The notes beneath the pieces are model-generated. The model searched no databases. It saw only the letters and a program-made list of their open reading frames with translations, and was not told where the DNA came from. From NCBI GenBank assembly GCA_900315495.1, contig OMZJ01000115.1, positions 29,109-93,108 on the forward strand: DNA of 64,000 bases, given 5' to 3'. Both the position numbers and the translations under genes were made by a program. This document shows, in pieces, positions 10,406-19,546 of the stretch; position 1 is the first letter of the stretch, and every line of letters begins with the position of its first letter. The stretch comes from an uncultured Lachnospiraceae bacterium. GTDB taxonomy: Bacteria; Bacillota; Clostridia; Lachnospirales; Lachnospiraceae.

Positions 10406-10442
10406 AAAACGCTCTCTCCGAATACCGGAGAGAGCGTTTTTT
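10405..10442. terminator. Bidirectional rho-independent terminator
   Basis: AAAAA-CGCTCTCTCCG-aatac-CGGAGAGAGCG-TTTTTT: a perfect 11-bp stem flanked by an A-run and a T-run. It lies between the convergent ThyX-like and acyltransferase genes. Confidence 0.8.
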
Positions 10443-10444
10443 GT

Positions 10445-11602
10445 TCACTGTTTTCCGAGCGCCCTGATCTTTGCGGCAGCGGCGTTGGTTCCCAGATCGA
10501 TGGCAACGGTCAGGATGCTCGTCATGATCAGCGTCCAGAGCATGCCGCCCCAGTAAACCGCAGGCTGGTTCATCCGGTCTCCCGCCGCACGCATGGTTCC
10601 CGCGATCGCGACATGGTGCAGCAGGAAAAAGGTATAGGTATATTTCGCCAGGCCGGAGATCACTGTGCGGAATCTCTGCGCCATTTTCCCCGGTATTCTC
10701 TCAATGTTCTGACCCAGCCAGAGAAACGCCAGAAACGTGCTCACACCGCTCAGCTCGCCGGTCAGCGGATAGACCACATTCGGCACATCCCAGAAGAAGG
10801 CGATCAGGAAGGCCGCGGCACAGGGAAGCAGAACTGCCGTCCTGATTTTCGGCACGTACATCCCGATATACATCCCGATGCCGAAATCCAGAACGCGCAG
10901 GAGCACATCGGAATCGATGCCAAAGTGGCTCGCCCGGTTTCCGAACCATGAAATCTGCCTGGGGTAGAAAAAAAGGAAGAACAGATACCAGGCCAGAAGA
11001 AGAATCATCGTCAGGCGCGGCTTTCTGTGCAGTGCCCCATAGAGGAACGGCGCCATCAGGTAGAGCAGGATGATCGCCCCGAGATACCACTCGCCGACCT
11101 GATAATAGGTATTGACACCGGAAAACTCTGCATAACCATCCAGTCCGAGAATCGAAAGGAGAATCACCCTTCCGACATGCTGGTACACCGTCATCGATCC
11201 AAGGGCTGCCACCAGGTAGCAGACCCAGTAGCGCGGGTAGATCGTCGAAGCCCTGCGCAGGTACCAGTGAAATACCGTGGAAGCGCGACCCCTGCCGCTT
11301 TGCCCGGAAAACCTCCGGAAACTGACCGCCACCAGATATCCCGAGAGCAGCAGAAAGAGTGTGACGCCCAGCGGTCCGAAATTGATATATTTTCCGAAAC
11401 CGTAGGGCCGGATCAGATTTCCCTGTGAAGCGCTGCCGGCCTCCAGGTTGTAATGAAAAATAAAGATCAGTGCCGCCGCGAATACGCGGATCAGGTCAAA
11501 ACGGAAATACCGCGCCGGATGCCTGTTTTCCGCCGGCGTTTCCGCTCCTGCTGCTCTGTTTGGAACTTCAGACTGAATTCCTCCAAGACTCCTCTCTGCC
11601 AT
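10445..11602 (-). CDS. Acyltransferase family 3 (OafA-like) integral membrane protein
   Basis: 385 aa and polytopic. It has the typical N-terminal FDLIRVFAAALIFIFHY, then multiple hydrophobic segments. Confidence 0.75.
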   Translation of the reverse strand: MAERSLGGIQSEVPNRAAGAETPAENRHPARYFRFDLIRVFAAALIFIFHYNLEAGSASQGNLIRPYGFGKYINFGPLGVTLFLLLSGYLVAVSFRRFSGQSGRGRASTVFHWYLRRASTIYPRYWVCYLVAALGSMTVYQHVGRVILLSILGLDGYAEFSGVNTYYQVGEWYLGAIILLYLMAPFLYGALHRKPRLTMILLLAWYLFFLFFYPRQISWFGNRASHFGIDSDVLLRVLDFGIGMYIGMYVPKIRTAVLLPCAAAFLIAFFWDVPNVVYPLTGELSGVSTFLAFLWLGQNIERIPGKMAQRFRTVISGLAKYTYTFFLLHHVAIAGTMRAAGDRMNQPAVYWGGMLWTLIMTSILTVAIDLGTNAAAAKIRALGKQ

Positions 11603-11664
11603 TTGCGCCCCTTTCTCCCCCTGTTTTCTTGTTTTCCCGGATACAGTCCTGACTCATCCGTGCA

Positions 11665-12750
11665 TCAGTGCTTCAGATGCACATGCTCCTGTACGCTTGC
11701 CTCCCCCGCGAGCACCGCCCGGTAATCCGCCAGATTTCTGCGGAGCAGGGCCGGCGTATCCAGCTCGTAAGGACAGCGTGAGGAACAGAGTCCGCACTGG
11801 ACACAGTCCTCAATCCGATTCATCTCTTTCTGCCAGTGTTCCGAGAGCCAGACCGCGGAGGGAGCCCTGCGGATCATCAGCGAAATCCGGGCGCACTGAT
11901 TGATCTCGATTCCCACTGTGCAGGGCATACAGTATCCGCACCCGCGGCAGAAATCACCGGACAGCTCTTTCTTTTCCTGCGCGATGAAGTCCGAAACCGC
12001 GGCATCCATCTGCGGCGTTTCCCTCTGGAACGACAGCCACTCGGCGAGCTCGTCCATTTTCTGGATCCCCCAGATGGGAAGAACATTGTCAAACTGTGCC
12101 ATGTAAGCCATCGCCGCACGGGAATTGTTGATCAGACCGCCGGCAAGCCCCTTCATCGCGACAAAGCCGACGTTGTTTTCCCGGCAGATGCGCACCAGCT
12201 CCAGCTCCTTTTCCCCGGCGAGATAGCTGAACGGGAACTGGATGGTCTCATACAGGCCGGACGATGCCGCTTCCATGGCGATGCCGATCTTGTGCGCCGT
12301 GCCGCCGATGTGCCGGATCAGACCCTGCGCCTTTGCCTCCTGCATCGCCTCATACATGCCGGTCCCGTCCCCGGGGCGGTAGCACTGCTCCATCTGGTGG
12401 AACTGATAGACATCGATGTAACTGGTCTTCAGATTTTCCAGAGAAGTGTGCAGATCCTTCCAGAATCCCTCCGGGTTCTTTGCCGTCGTCTTCGTGGCAA
12501 TAAAGATCTGGTCTCTCGGCGGTCTCTGCCACGTGTCCCGGCTGCCTTCCGGTGCCTTCCCGAAAGCAAGGCCGATCTTTTTCTCCGAATCGGAGTAGGC
12601 GCGCGCCGTGTCAAAGTAGCGCATTCCACCGTCCCATGCCGCGCGCAGAATCTTCACGGCCTCTTCCTCCGAAACCCGCTGGACCGGCAGCGCCCCGAAG
12701 CCGTTCTGCGGAACGCAGATCCCGGTGCTTCCCAGAATAACATTTCTCAT
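11665..12750 (-). CDS. Aldo/keto reductase with a C-terminal Fe-S (ferredoxin-like) domain
   Basis: Starts at ATG 12750 (SD GGAAGGAGAAA). MRNVILGSTGICVPQNGFGALP...YFDTARAYSDSE. The C-terminal Cys clusters are CRGCGYCMPC and CVQCGLCSSRCP. The upstream part of ORF ..13044 overlaps dut and is not coding. Confidence 0.85.
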   Translation of the reverse strand: MRNVILGSTGICVPQNGFGALPVQRVSEEEAVKILRAAWDGGMRYFDTARAYSDSEKKIGLAFGKAPEGSRDTWQRPPRDQIFIATKTTAKNPEGFWKDLHTSLENLKTSYIDVYQFHQMEQCYRPGDGTGMYEAMQEAKAQGLIRHIGGTAHKIGIAMEAASSGLYETIQFPFSYLAGEKELELVRICRENNVGFVAMKGLAGGLINNSRAAMAYMAQFDNVLPIWGIQKMDELAEWLSFQRETPQMDAAVSDFIAQEKKELSGDFCRGCGYCMPCTVGIEINQCARISLMIRRAPSAVWLSEHWQKEMNRIEDCVQCGLCSSRCPYELDTPALLRRNLADYRAVLAGEASVQEHVHLKH

Positions 12751-12775
12751 CGCCGTTTCTCCTTCCCCTGTCCGC

Positions 12776-13219
12776 TCACTGTTTTCCGGTCGACCCGAAA
12801 CCGCCGCGGTTTTCCCCGTCCAGATGATCTGTCTCCTCAAACACAATGCGGGGCTGGTTCCGGACGATCCGGAACTGGCAGATTCGGTCATTGACATGGA
12901 TTTGGGTGTCGCGCACCGCGAGGACCGGATACATCCACTCGTCATCGTTGCCGCAGTAGGATCCGTCGACAATGCCGATGGAATTGACCTGCAGGATGCC
13001 GAAATTCCGGAACGTGCTGCTGCGCGGCACGACATGGGCCTCATACCCGGCGGGCAGCTGCATCGCCACGCCGAGGCGGATGATCCGATACTCCCCTTTC
13101 CGGAGCGTCACATCCTCCGCCGCGCGCAGATCGATCCAGTCGGATTTCCCCGCAATGTAGTCCAGATGTGTTATCTGATCCGAGAGATAGCGGATTCGAA
13201 TGGTTTCCGTCTCACTCAT
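12776..13219 (-). CDS. dut: dUTP diphosphatase (trimeric dUTPase)
   Basis: 147 aa. Motifs are PRSS, GIVDGSYCGNDDEW and the C-terminal NRGGFGSTGK. Confidence 0.9.
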   Translation of the reverse strand: MSETETIRIRYLSDQITHLDYIAGKSDWIDLRAAEDVTLRKGEYRIIRLGVAMQLPAGYEAHVVPRSSTFRNFGILQVNSIGIVDGSYCGNDDEWMYPVLAVRDTQIHVNDRICQFRIVRNQPRIVFEETDHLDGENRGGFGSTGKQ

Positions 13220-14168
13220 CTGCTCTTCCTCCCATCTCCCGCTGACGCGCCGCGCGGACGGTATTCCGCGCCAGCACTGCGGTCGTCACCGGCCCAAGGC
13301 CGCCGGGCACCGGCGTGACATACCCTTCCGGCAGGTCATACACCGCCGGGTCCACATCCCCGGTCAGCTTTCCGTCCGCGGAAACGTGGATTCCCACATC
13401 GACCACCGCGGCCCCGGGCCGGATCCAGTCGGGCTTCACGAACTTCTCTTTTCCGACCGCGGCCACCAGAATATCCGCCCGGCGGCAGATCTCCGGCAGA
13501 TTCTGCGTCCGCGAGTGACAGATCGTGACCGTCGCATTCTGCGCCAGAAGCAGCATGGACACAGGTTTTCCGATCACGAGACTGCGGCCGATCACCACGG
13601 CGTTCCGGCCTGCAATGGGAATTTGATAGTATTTCAGTACCTCGAGAACCGCCTGCGCGGTGCAGGGCGGAATTGCATCCGGATCTCCGGCAAAGAGCTT
13701 TCCCAGCCCCTCCCGCGTGACGCAGTCGCAGTCCTTTTCGGCCGCGATATGGCCCAGGAGCTCTTTCTCCGGGAGATTCCCCGGCAGGGGACGGAACATC
13801 AGGATGCCGTCCACGGCGTCATCCGCCGACAGGCGGTCGAGGGTCTGCGCCAGTGCCTGCGCAGGAACGTCTGCCGGAAATGCCTTGACGAGACACTCCG
13901 CTCCCGCTTGTCCCAGGCGCTTCACCGCCCCTTTCTCATAGGAAAGGTCCGACGGATTCTCCCCGACGCGCACAATCGCCAGGCGGGGTCTCCGGCATCC
14001 TTCCGCGCTGTCTTTCGCGTATGCGGGAGAATCCTGCACTGTTCTGTCAAAACCCTGCGCTGCACCGGAACCATCCGGTACCGGCCTGTCAGGGGCAATG
14101 CCCTCTTCGATTTTCCTGCAGTCCGCCAGGATGGCCTTCACCACCGGCATTCCCTTCATTTGATTCAC
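13212..14168 (-). CDS. folD: Bifunctional methylene-THF dehydrogenase / methenyl-THF cyclohydrolase
   Basis: RLAIVRVGENPSDLSYEKGAVKR, PPCTAQAVLEVLKYY, VVIGRSLVIGKPVSMLL, VTPVPGGLGPVTTAVL. It overlaps dut by 8 nt and the upstream gene by 4 nt. The N-terminal region carries an extra ~35 aa. Confidence 0.88.
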   Translation of the reverse strand: MNQMKGMPVVKAILADCRKIEEGIAPDRPVPDGSGAAQGFDRTVQDSPAYAKDSAEGCRRPRLAIVRVGENPSDLSYEKGAVKRLGQAGAECLVKAFPADVPAQALAQTLDRLSADDAVDGILMFRPLPGNLPEKELLGHIAAEKDCDCVTREGLGKLFAGDPDAIPPCTAQAVLEVLKYYQIPIAGRNAVVIGRSLVIGKPVSMLLLAQNATVTICHSRTQNLPEICRRADILVAAVGKEKFVKPDWIRPGAAVVDVGIHVSADGKLTGDVDPAVYDLPEGYVTPVPGGLGPVTTAVLARNTVRAARQREMGGRADE

Positions 14169-14797
14169 AGCCCGAGATCCTCCTGTACCTGCCGGCAGAG
14201 CATGCCGGCCTCTGCCTTGATGACCGACATCAGCTCATCCGCCTCAAAATCGATGCAGTCCGCCCGGCTGCGGTTTTTCATGCACATGGTATTGGTTCGG
14301 ATAATCATCTGGGCGGACTCCGCGGACGCACGCAGAAGAACCGCCGCCGTTCCGATATCGCTCAGCAGGAACCGGCTTCCGAACCGGGCGGCCTTCTCCA
14401 GAATGCGCAGGCCCCGTTCTGCCTCGCTGAGGATCTGCAGCGGAACCGCCGCTGCCTCCTCATAGCGCTGCTCCATCTCCCGTTCGCGGGCGGCCTTTTC
14501 TTCCGGCGTTGTGTGCGGCATCCGAAGCGCGGCCCGCAGCGGCGCAAAGACCTCACTGTCCCGGTCCACCAGGCTGAGCATGGACCGGGAAAGATTCTCG
14601 CACTTATGGTGCAGTTCTTCCGCCTCCGCCTTTCTGGTCTCGTCCATTCCCTTTCTGCGCTCCTGCGCAAGCGCACAGGTCATGCTGCCCAGGGCAAGGG
14701 CCAGCGCCCCCGCCAGCGCGGCCGCTCCGCCGCCGCCGGGCACCGGCTCGGAGGAGGCAAGCTCCTCGGTAAACTGTTCTACTGTCTTCTCTGTCAA
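14165..14797 (-). CDS. Cyclodeaminase/cyclohydrolase family protein (FtcD C-terminal domain / FchA-like)
   Basis: FTEELASSEPVPGGGGAAALAGALALALGSM is the typical N-terminus of this all-helical folate-binding family. The start is TTG 14797-14795, with SD AGGGAG 5 nt upstream. Confidence 0.75.
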   Translation of the reverse strand: MTEKTVEQFTEELASSEPVPGGGGAAALAGALALALGSMTCALAQERRKGMDETRKAEAEELHHKCENLSRSMLSLVDRDSEVFAPLRAALRMPHTTPEEKAAREREMEQRYEEAAAVPLQILSEAERGLRILEKAARFGSRFLLSDIGTAAVLLRASAESAQMIIRTNTMCMKNRSRADCIDFEADELMSVIKAEAGMLCRQVQEDLGL

Positions 14798-14830
14798 GAA
14801 TTCTCCCTTTCCTGTCGCTGGAACATGCCG

Positions 14831-16438
14831 TCACTTTCTCAGGAGCCGGATGATAAAGACAATCAGGCAGAGAATGACCGCCAGCAGGATGACGCCGGCT
14901 GCAGCGATGAATTTTGCCGAAGGATTGTTCTGCAGCCAGAAAGTAAAGTTTTCCGCTGCATTGAACCGGTGCAGGTTTGACGCAGCGGTACCGGTGTTCG
15001 CCGCACTCGACGCGGCCGCGGAAGAAACGTTTTGCGATCCGGCGGGTGCTTCCGTGACTGCCTCCGATTCCGGTGCCGTGCTTTCTGCATCCTGGCCGGA
15101 CACACCCGGCGAAGCCTCCGCAGCAGAATCGAACGCAGATGTCTCTTCGGCTGTCCCGGAGGATTCCTCCGTCAAATCACGCTCCGTCTCCTCCTCTGCG
15201 TCCGACCCGGACTCTTCTTCCGATTCCGGTTCCGTCTCCCCGGCATCCCCCGCGGGTCCCGCGGAGGCGTCGGAAGAATCCGGCGTCAGGTTTTTCAGAA
15301 GATCATCCAGCAGGCAGCTGTATGCTTTCAGGTGGTCCGCATAGCGGGTTCCGAAGGTCGCATTGATAAAGGCAAGGTTGTCATAGGCCTCGACATGCAT
15401 GATCTTGCCGTTTTCCACCGCCGGGTTGTCGGTCTGATAAAAGTTGTTGTAACTGCCGCCGTTCCAGTTGGACGCCTCGCAGTACAGATACGGAATGCCG
15501 ATTTCATTGAAGTACTGCTGATCGCTGTCCGTCGTCTTGGTCGGCGCCGGGAACGACGCGTTGACATCCGGGTGGGTGGACATGGCAAGGCCCAGCTGCT
15601 TCGCGTCAGCCAGTGCCTGATCGTACAGCCAGGTGCGGACGATATTGTCATTGTCGTCCAGGCCGCCGCCGTAGAGATACATGTTGTCTCCCGCACCGAC
15701 CGCATCCAGATTGATCATGCACAGGATGCTGTTTCTGTCTTCTTCACTGAGGTTTTGCACATAATACCGGCTGCCGTAGACCCCTGGCTCCTCCGCGGAG
15801 AACAGGACAAAGCGGACGGTATAAGGGTAGGAGCCGGCGGAGACACGGGAGGCCAGTTCCAGCAGCACACCCACGCCGGATGCGTTGTCATCGGCACCGT
15901 TGGTCCCCACGGTATCGTAATGCGCGCCGACAACGATCACCTTGCTGCTGTCCACCGCGCCCTGCTTGCTGAAAATGATATTGTCACCGATCAGGTTCCA
16001 CCCCTTCTCCGGCACGGCGATCTCAAAGTGCTGCAGCTGCGGCGCAAAGCCCAGGGTCGTCACGGTCTGCGTCAGCCAGTCCCGCGCCGCGTCGAGATTG
16101 GGATAATTCATCGCGCGGACCGGGTAGGAGGACTGCAGAGTGCTGGCAAAGACATAGGCATTGTCCCCGTATCCTTCGGTCACGGTCGAAGACGCGGAAC
16201 CGTCCGCGGAAGAGACGTCACCTTCCGCCGCATCTGAGGCGGCTGTTGAAACGGTACTGCCCCCACCGATCTGAATCACATTGACTGCGTCCGTGCTGTC
16301 CCCGTCCGCACCGGCAGACACGGCGGATGTTTCCGCAGGCGCCGCCTCCGCCGCCCGGACCGGAACTGCCGGCCCGGATGCACACCAAAAGGCCGCCGCG
16401 AGGACCACCACCACGATTTTTCCCGTTATCCTTCTCAT
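14831..16438 (-). CDS. M28 family zinc aminopeptidase with a signal peptide and C-terminal TM anchor
   Basis: VVGAHYDTVGTNGADDNASGVGVLLELASR, FVLFSAEEPGVYGSRYY, MINLDAVG. The N-terminal signal reads KIVVVVLAAAFWCASG. A Ser/Glu/Ala-rich linker precedes the hydrophobic tail FIAAAGVILLAVILCLIVFII. Confidence 0.8.
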   Translation of the reverse strand: MRRITGKIVVVVLAAAFWCASGPAVPVRAAEAAPAETSAVSAGADGDSTDAVNVIQIGGGSTVSTAASDAAEGDVSSADGSASSTVTEGYGDNAYVFASTLQSSYPVRAMNYPNLDAARDWLTQTVTTLGFAPQLQHFEIAVPEKGWNLIGDNIIFSKQGAVDSSKVIVVGAHYDTVGTNGADDNASGVGVLLELASRVSAGSYPYTVRFVLFSAEEPGVYGSRYYVQNLSEEDRNSILCMINLDAVGAGDNMYLYGGGLDDNDNIVRTWLYDQALADAKQLGLAMSTHPDVNASFPAPTKTTDSDQQYFNEIGIPYLYCEASNWNGGSYNNFYQTDNPAVENGKIMHVEAYDNLAFINATFGTRYADHLKAYSCLLDDLLKNLTPDSSDASAGPAGDAGETEPESEEESGSDAEEETERDLTEESSGTAEETSAFDSAAEASPGVSGQDAESTAPESEAVTEAPAGSQNVSSAAASSAANTGTAASNLHRFNAAENFTFWLQNNPSAKFIAAAGVILLAVILCLIVFIIRLLRK

Positions 16439-16522
16439 CCGTCCTCCTCCTTCTGCTTTTCCGGCCTGATGAACCTTTCCATCAGTATAACACAGAATAG
16501 CAACCGGGCGTCTGGAAACGTC

Positions 16523-16566
16523 AAAAAGCGGATGCGCCGCCGGGTTTTCGCCTGCGGTGCATCCGC
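16523..16566 (-). terminator. Rho-independent terminator of leuS
   Basis: The minus strand reads GCGGAUGC-(23 nt)-GCAUCCGC followed by UUUUU. It lies 60 nt after the leuS stop. Confidence 0.75.
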
Positions 16567-16626
16567 TCCGATTCTTTTCTGTCTGGGATATCCGTCTTTC
16601 TGTATCGGAAACGCTGCCTGAAAATC

Positions 16627-19041
16627 TCAGCCCTTCTGCACGATGTTGATGATCTTTCCCGGAACATAGATTTCCTTGACGATGGTCCCGGTCAGGCGGC
16701 TGGCCACCGCAGCTTTTCCGGCTGCGATCGCATCCTCCTTCGAGGCATCGCGCGCGATCTTCACCGATGCACGGGTCTTGCCGTTGACCTGCACCGCGAT
16801 CTCGACGGTATCCTCCACCGTCTTCGCCTCATCGTATTCCGGCCACTTTGCCGCGTACAGTCTGCCCTCATACCCGCAGGTATTCCAGAGTTCCTCTGTG
16901 ATGTGCGGTGCCACCGGATTGAGCAGGATCAGGAACGTGGAGAACTCATCCCGCGTCACCTTGCCGGCCTTGTAGAAATCATTGACCAGGGACATCATTG
17001 CGGCGATGGCGGTGTTGAACTTCAGGTTCTCATAGTCACTGGATACCTTCTGGATGGTCTGGTGCATTCTCACCTCCAGTGCCGGGGAGAAGCCCTTCTC
17101 ATCGGTCAGGATATCCTGCAGCTTCCAGACGCGCTCCAGGAAGCGGCGGCATCCCTTGACGCCCTCTTCCTTCCAGGAGGCGGCCAGATCGAACGCGCCG
17201 ATGAACATCTCGTAGGTGCGGAGCGTATCCGCACCATACTCATTGACGACATCATCCGGGTTGATGACGTTGCCTCTGGACTTGGACATCTTCTCGCCGT
17301 TGGAGCCGAGGATCATACCGTGGCTGGTTCTCTTCTGATAAGGCTCCGGGCAGGGAACGATTCCCTGGTCGTACAGGAACTTGTGCCAGAAGCGCGAGTA
17401 CAGAAGGTGCAGCGTCGTGTGCTCCATGCCGCCGTTGTACCAGTCCACCGGAAGCCAGTATTTCATCGCCTCCGGCGAAGCCAGTGCCTTGTCATTGTGC
17501 GGATCCGTATACCGGATGTAATACCACGAGGAACCGGCCCACTGCGGCATGGTATCCGTCTCCCGCTTTGCGGGGCCGCCGCAGCACGGGCAGGTGGTAT
17601 TGACCCAGTCGGTCATCTTGGCCAGCGGGGATTCGCCGTTGTCTGTCGGCTCATAGCTCTCCACCTCCGGAAGCTCCAGCGGCAGCTGATCCTCCGGCAG
17701 CGGGACATAGCCGCACTTCGGGCACTTGACAATCGGAATCGGCTCGCCCCAGTATCTCTGGCGGCTGAACACCCAGTCGCGGAGCTTGAAGTTCTCCTTG
17801 GCGTGACCGATGCCCTTTTCCTCGAGGAACGCGATGATCTTCTTCTTGGCATCCTCCACGGAGAGTCCGTTCAGGAAACCGGAGTTGACCAGGGTTCCCG
17901 TCGCCACATCGGTGTACGCCTCTTCCTGGACGCTCTTCGTGCTGCCGCTGACCACCTCGATGATCGGCAGCCCGAATTTCTTTGCGAAATCCCAGTCACG
18001 GGTGTCGTGCGCCGGAACAGCCATGATGGCACCGGTGCCGTAGCTCATCAGCACGTAATCCGAAACCCAGATCGGGATTTCCTTCCCGTTGACCGGGTTC
18101 ATGGCGCGAAGCCCCTTCACCTCGACGCCGGTCTTCTCCTTGGCAAGCTCCGAGCGCTCGAAATCCGATTTCTGCGCGGCCGCGTTCTTATAGGCGAGGA
18201 CTTCCTCGTAGTTTGTGATCTGGTCCTTGTACTTCTCCAGGTACGGGTGCTCCGGTGCGACGACCATGTAAGTGGCGCCGAACAGGGTATCCGGACGGGT
18301 GGTGTAAACGGTCAGCTTGTCGTCCGTGCCGGCCAGCGCGAAATCCACCTCGGCGCCGTAAGAACGGCCGATCCAGTTCTTCTGCTGCACCTTGACCGGT
18401 GTAATGTAGTCGACCAAATCCAACCCATCGATCAATTTGTCGGCATACGCGGTGATCTTTAGCATCCACTGGCTGCGCATCTTCCGAACCACCGGCGTTC
18501 CGCAGCGCTCGCACTTTCCGTCGACCACTTCCTCGTTTGCCAGACCAACCTTGCAGGACGGGCACCAGTTGACCGGCATCTCCGTCTTGTACGCCAGGCC
18601 GGCCTTGAAGAGCTGCAAGAAAATCCACTGGGTCCAGTGATAGTAGGACGGATCCGTCGTGTTGATCTCCCGCTGCCAGTCAAAGGAATATCCGAGGGAA
18701 TGCAGCTGGCTCTTGAAGCGCGCCACGTTGTTCTTTGTGACGATCTTCGGGTGAATGTGCTTCTTGATCGCGTAGTTCTCGGTCGGAAGGCCGAATGCAT
18801 CCCATCCCATCGGGAACAGCACATTGTATCCCTGCATTCTGCGCTTGCGGGATACAATGTCCATCGCGGTATAAGGGCGCGGATGTCCCACGTGAAGTCC
18901 CTGACCGGACGGATACGGGAATTCGACCAGCGCATAGTACTTCGGCTTCGTGTAATCATTGACCGCATGAAACGGCTGCTCTTCATCCCAGATTTTCTGC
19001 CACTTCGGCTCTACTTCTTTTGGATCATAAGGTCTGCTCAT
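16627..19041 (-). CDS. leuS: Leucine--tRNA ligase
   Basis: [25 protein letters not shown]-type motif [14 protein letters not shown] motif KMSKSRGN. I moved the start to ATG 19041 (SD GGGAGAG); the 11 upstream codons in the track lie inside the T-box terminator region. Confidence 0.97.
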   Translation of the reverse strand: MSRPYDPKEVEPKWQKIWDEEQPFHAVNDYTKPKYYALVEFPYPSGQGLHVGHPRPYTAMDIVSRKRRMQGYNVLFPMGWDAFGLPTENYAIKKHIHPKIVTKNNVARFKSQLHSLGYSFDWQREINTTDPSYYHWTQWIFLQLFKAGLAYKTEMPVNWCPSCKVGLANEEVVDGKCERCGTPVVRKMRSQWMLKITAYADKLIDGLDLVDYITPVKVQQKNWIGRSYGAEVDFALAGTDDKLTVYTTRPDTLFGATYMVVAPEHPYLEKYKDQITNYEEVLAYKNAAAQKSDFERSELAKEKTGVEVKGLRAMNPVNGKEIPIWVSDYVLMSYGTGAIMAVPAHDTRDWDFAKKFGLPIIEVVSGSTKSVQEEAYTDVATGTLVNSGFLNGLSVEDAKKKIIAFLEEKGIGHAKENFKLRDWVFSRQRYWGEPIPIVKCPKCGYVPLPEDQLPLELPEVESYEPTDNGESPLAKMTDWVNTTCPCCGGPAKRETDTMPQWAGSSWYYIRYTDPHNDKALASPEAMKYWLPVDWYNGGMEHTTLHLLYSRFWHKFLYDQGIVPCPEPYQKRTSHGMILGSNGEKMSKSRGNVINPDDVVNEYGADTLRTYEMFIGAFDLAASWKEEGVKGCRRFLERVWKLQDILTDEKGFSPALEVRMHQTIQKVSSDYENLKFNTAIAAMMSLVNDFYKAGKVTRDEFSTFLILLNPVAPHITEELWNTCGYEGRLYAAKWPEYDEAKTVEDTVEIAVQVNGKTRASVKIARDASKEDAIAAGKAAVASRLTGTIVKEIYVPGKIINIVQKG

Positions 19042-19075
19042 TTTTTGCTCTCCCTGACGAATGGGTTCCGGCACG

Positions 19076-19380
19076 AAAAACTTCCCCGCCTCTGAAAGAA
19101 TTCAGAGACGGGGAAAAACCTCGCGGTACCACTCTGTTTTGCGGCTGGGCCGCACACTCTTCCTGCTGTGACGGGCGTACCCGCCGGAAACTACACACCG
19201 GCCGCGGCTGCTGCCGCCCTCCGGCTTCCCCTCCGGTGCTCCGGGACGAGTTCACAGAAGATCCGGCACTGCCTCGCACCGCCCGGCAGCTCTCTGCGCC
19301 TTCTCCGACTGCTACTGTTTCCCTTCCGCGCATCTGTCGCCGGAACAAGGCGGCAGAAACCCTGCCTGTCACCAGCAACA
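19076..19380 (-). promoter_or_regulatory. T-box riboswitch leader (Leu, specifier CUC) controlling leuS
   Basis: On the minus strand I see AGUA and GCAGAGAGC (AG bulge), the distal-loop GGUGCGA, and the specifier context GAA-CUC-G (codon at 19250-19248). The T-box sequence AGAGUGGUACCGCGAGG is at 19134-19119. The terminator is CCCCGUCUCUGA-auucuu-UCAGAGGCGGGG plus AAGUUUUU (19113-19076). Confidence 0.88.
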
Positions 19381-19385
19381 CCGCA

Positions 19386-19414
19386 TTTATAACACAAAAC
19401 GGGAACAGCGTCAA
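19386..19414 (-). promoter_or_regulatory. Putative sigma-A promoter of the leuS T-box leader
   Basis: Minus strand: TTGACG-17 nt-TATAAA. Confidence 0.55.
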
Positions 19415-19503
19415 CACCCGCCGGCGCCGACAGCCGAAAACACTGCTGTGCCCGACAGGCGCCGCGGTTTACCGGCCGCAGAACGGCAGATTCCGGATGA
19501 AGC

Positions 19504-19535
19504 AGCCCGCCGCAGACAGGTACCCGCGGCGGGCT
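19504..19535 (-). terminator. Possible terminator after the EF-G paralog
   Basis: Minus strand: AGCCCGCCGC-(12 nt)-GCGGCGGGCU, a 10-bp stem. The trailing U-tract is weak (GCUUCAU). Confidence 0.4.
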
Positions 19536-19546
19536 CGACGTTTCCG

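Noticed and set aside
16903-18462. 519-aa + strand ORF inside leuS.
   Set aside because: It is an antisense shadow of leuS with low-complexity Arg/Leu/Gly composition.
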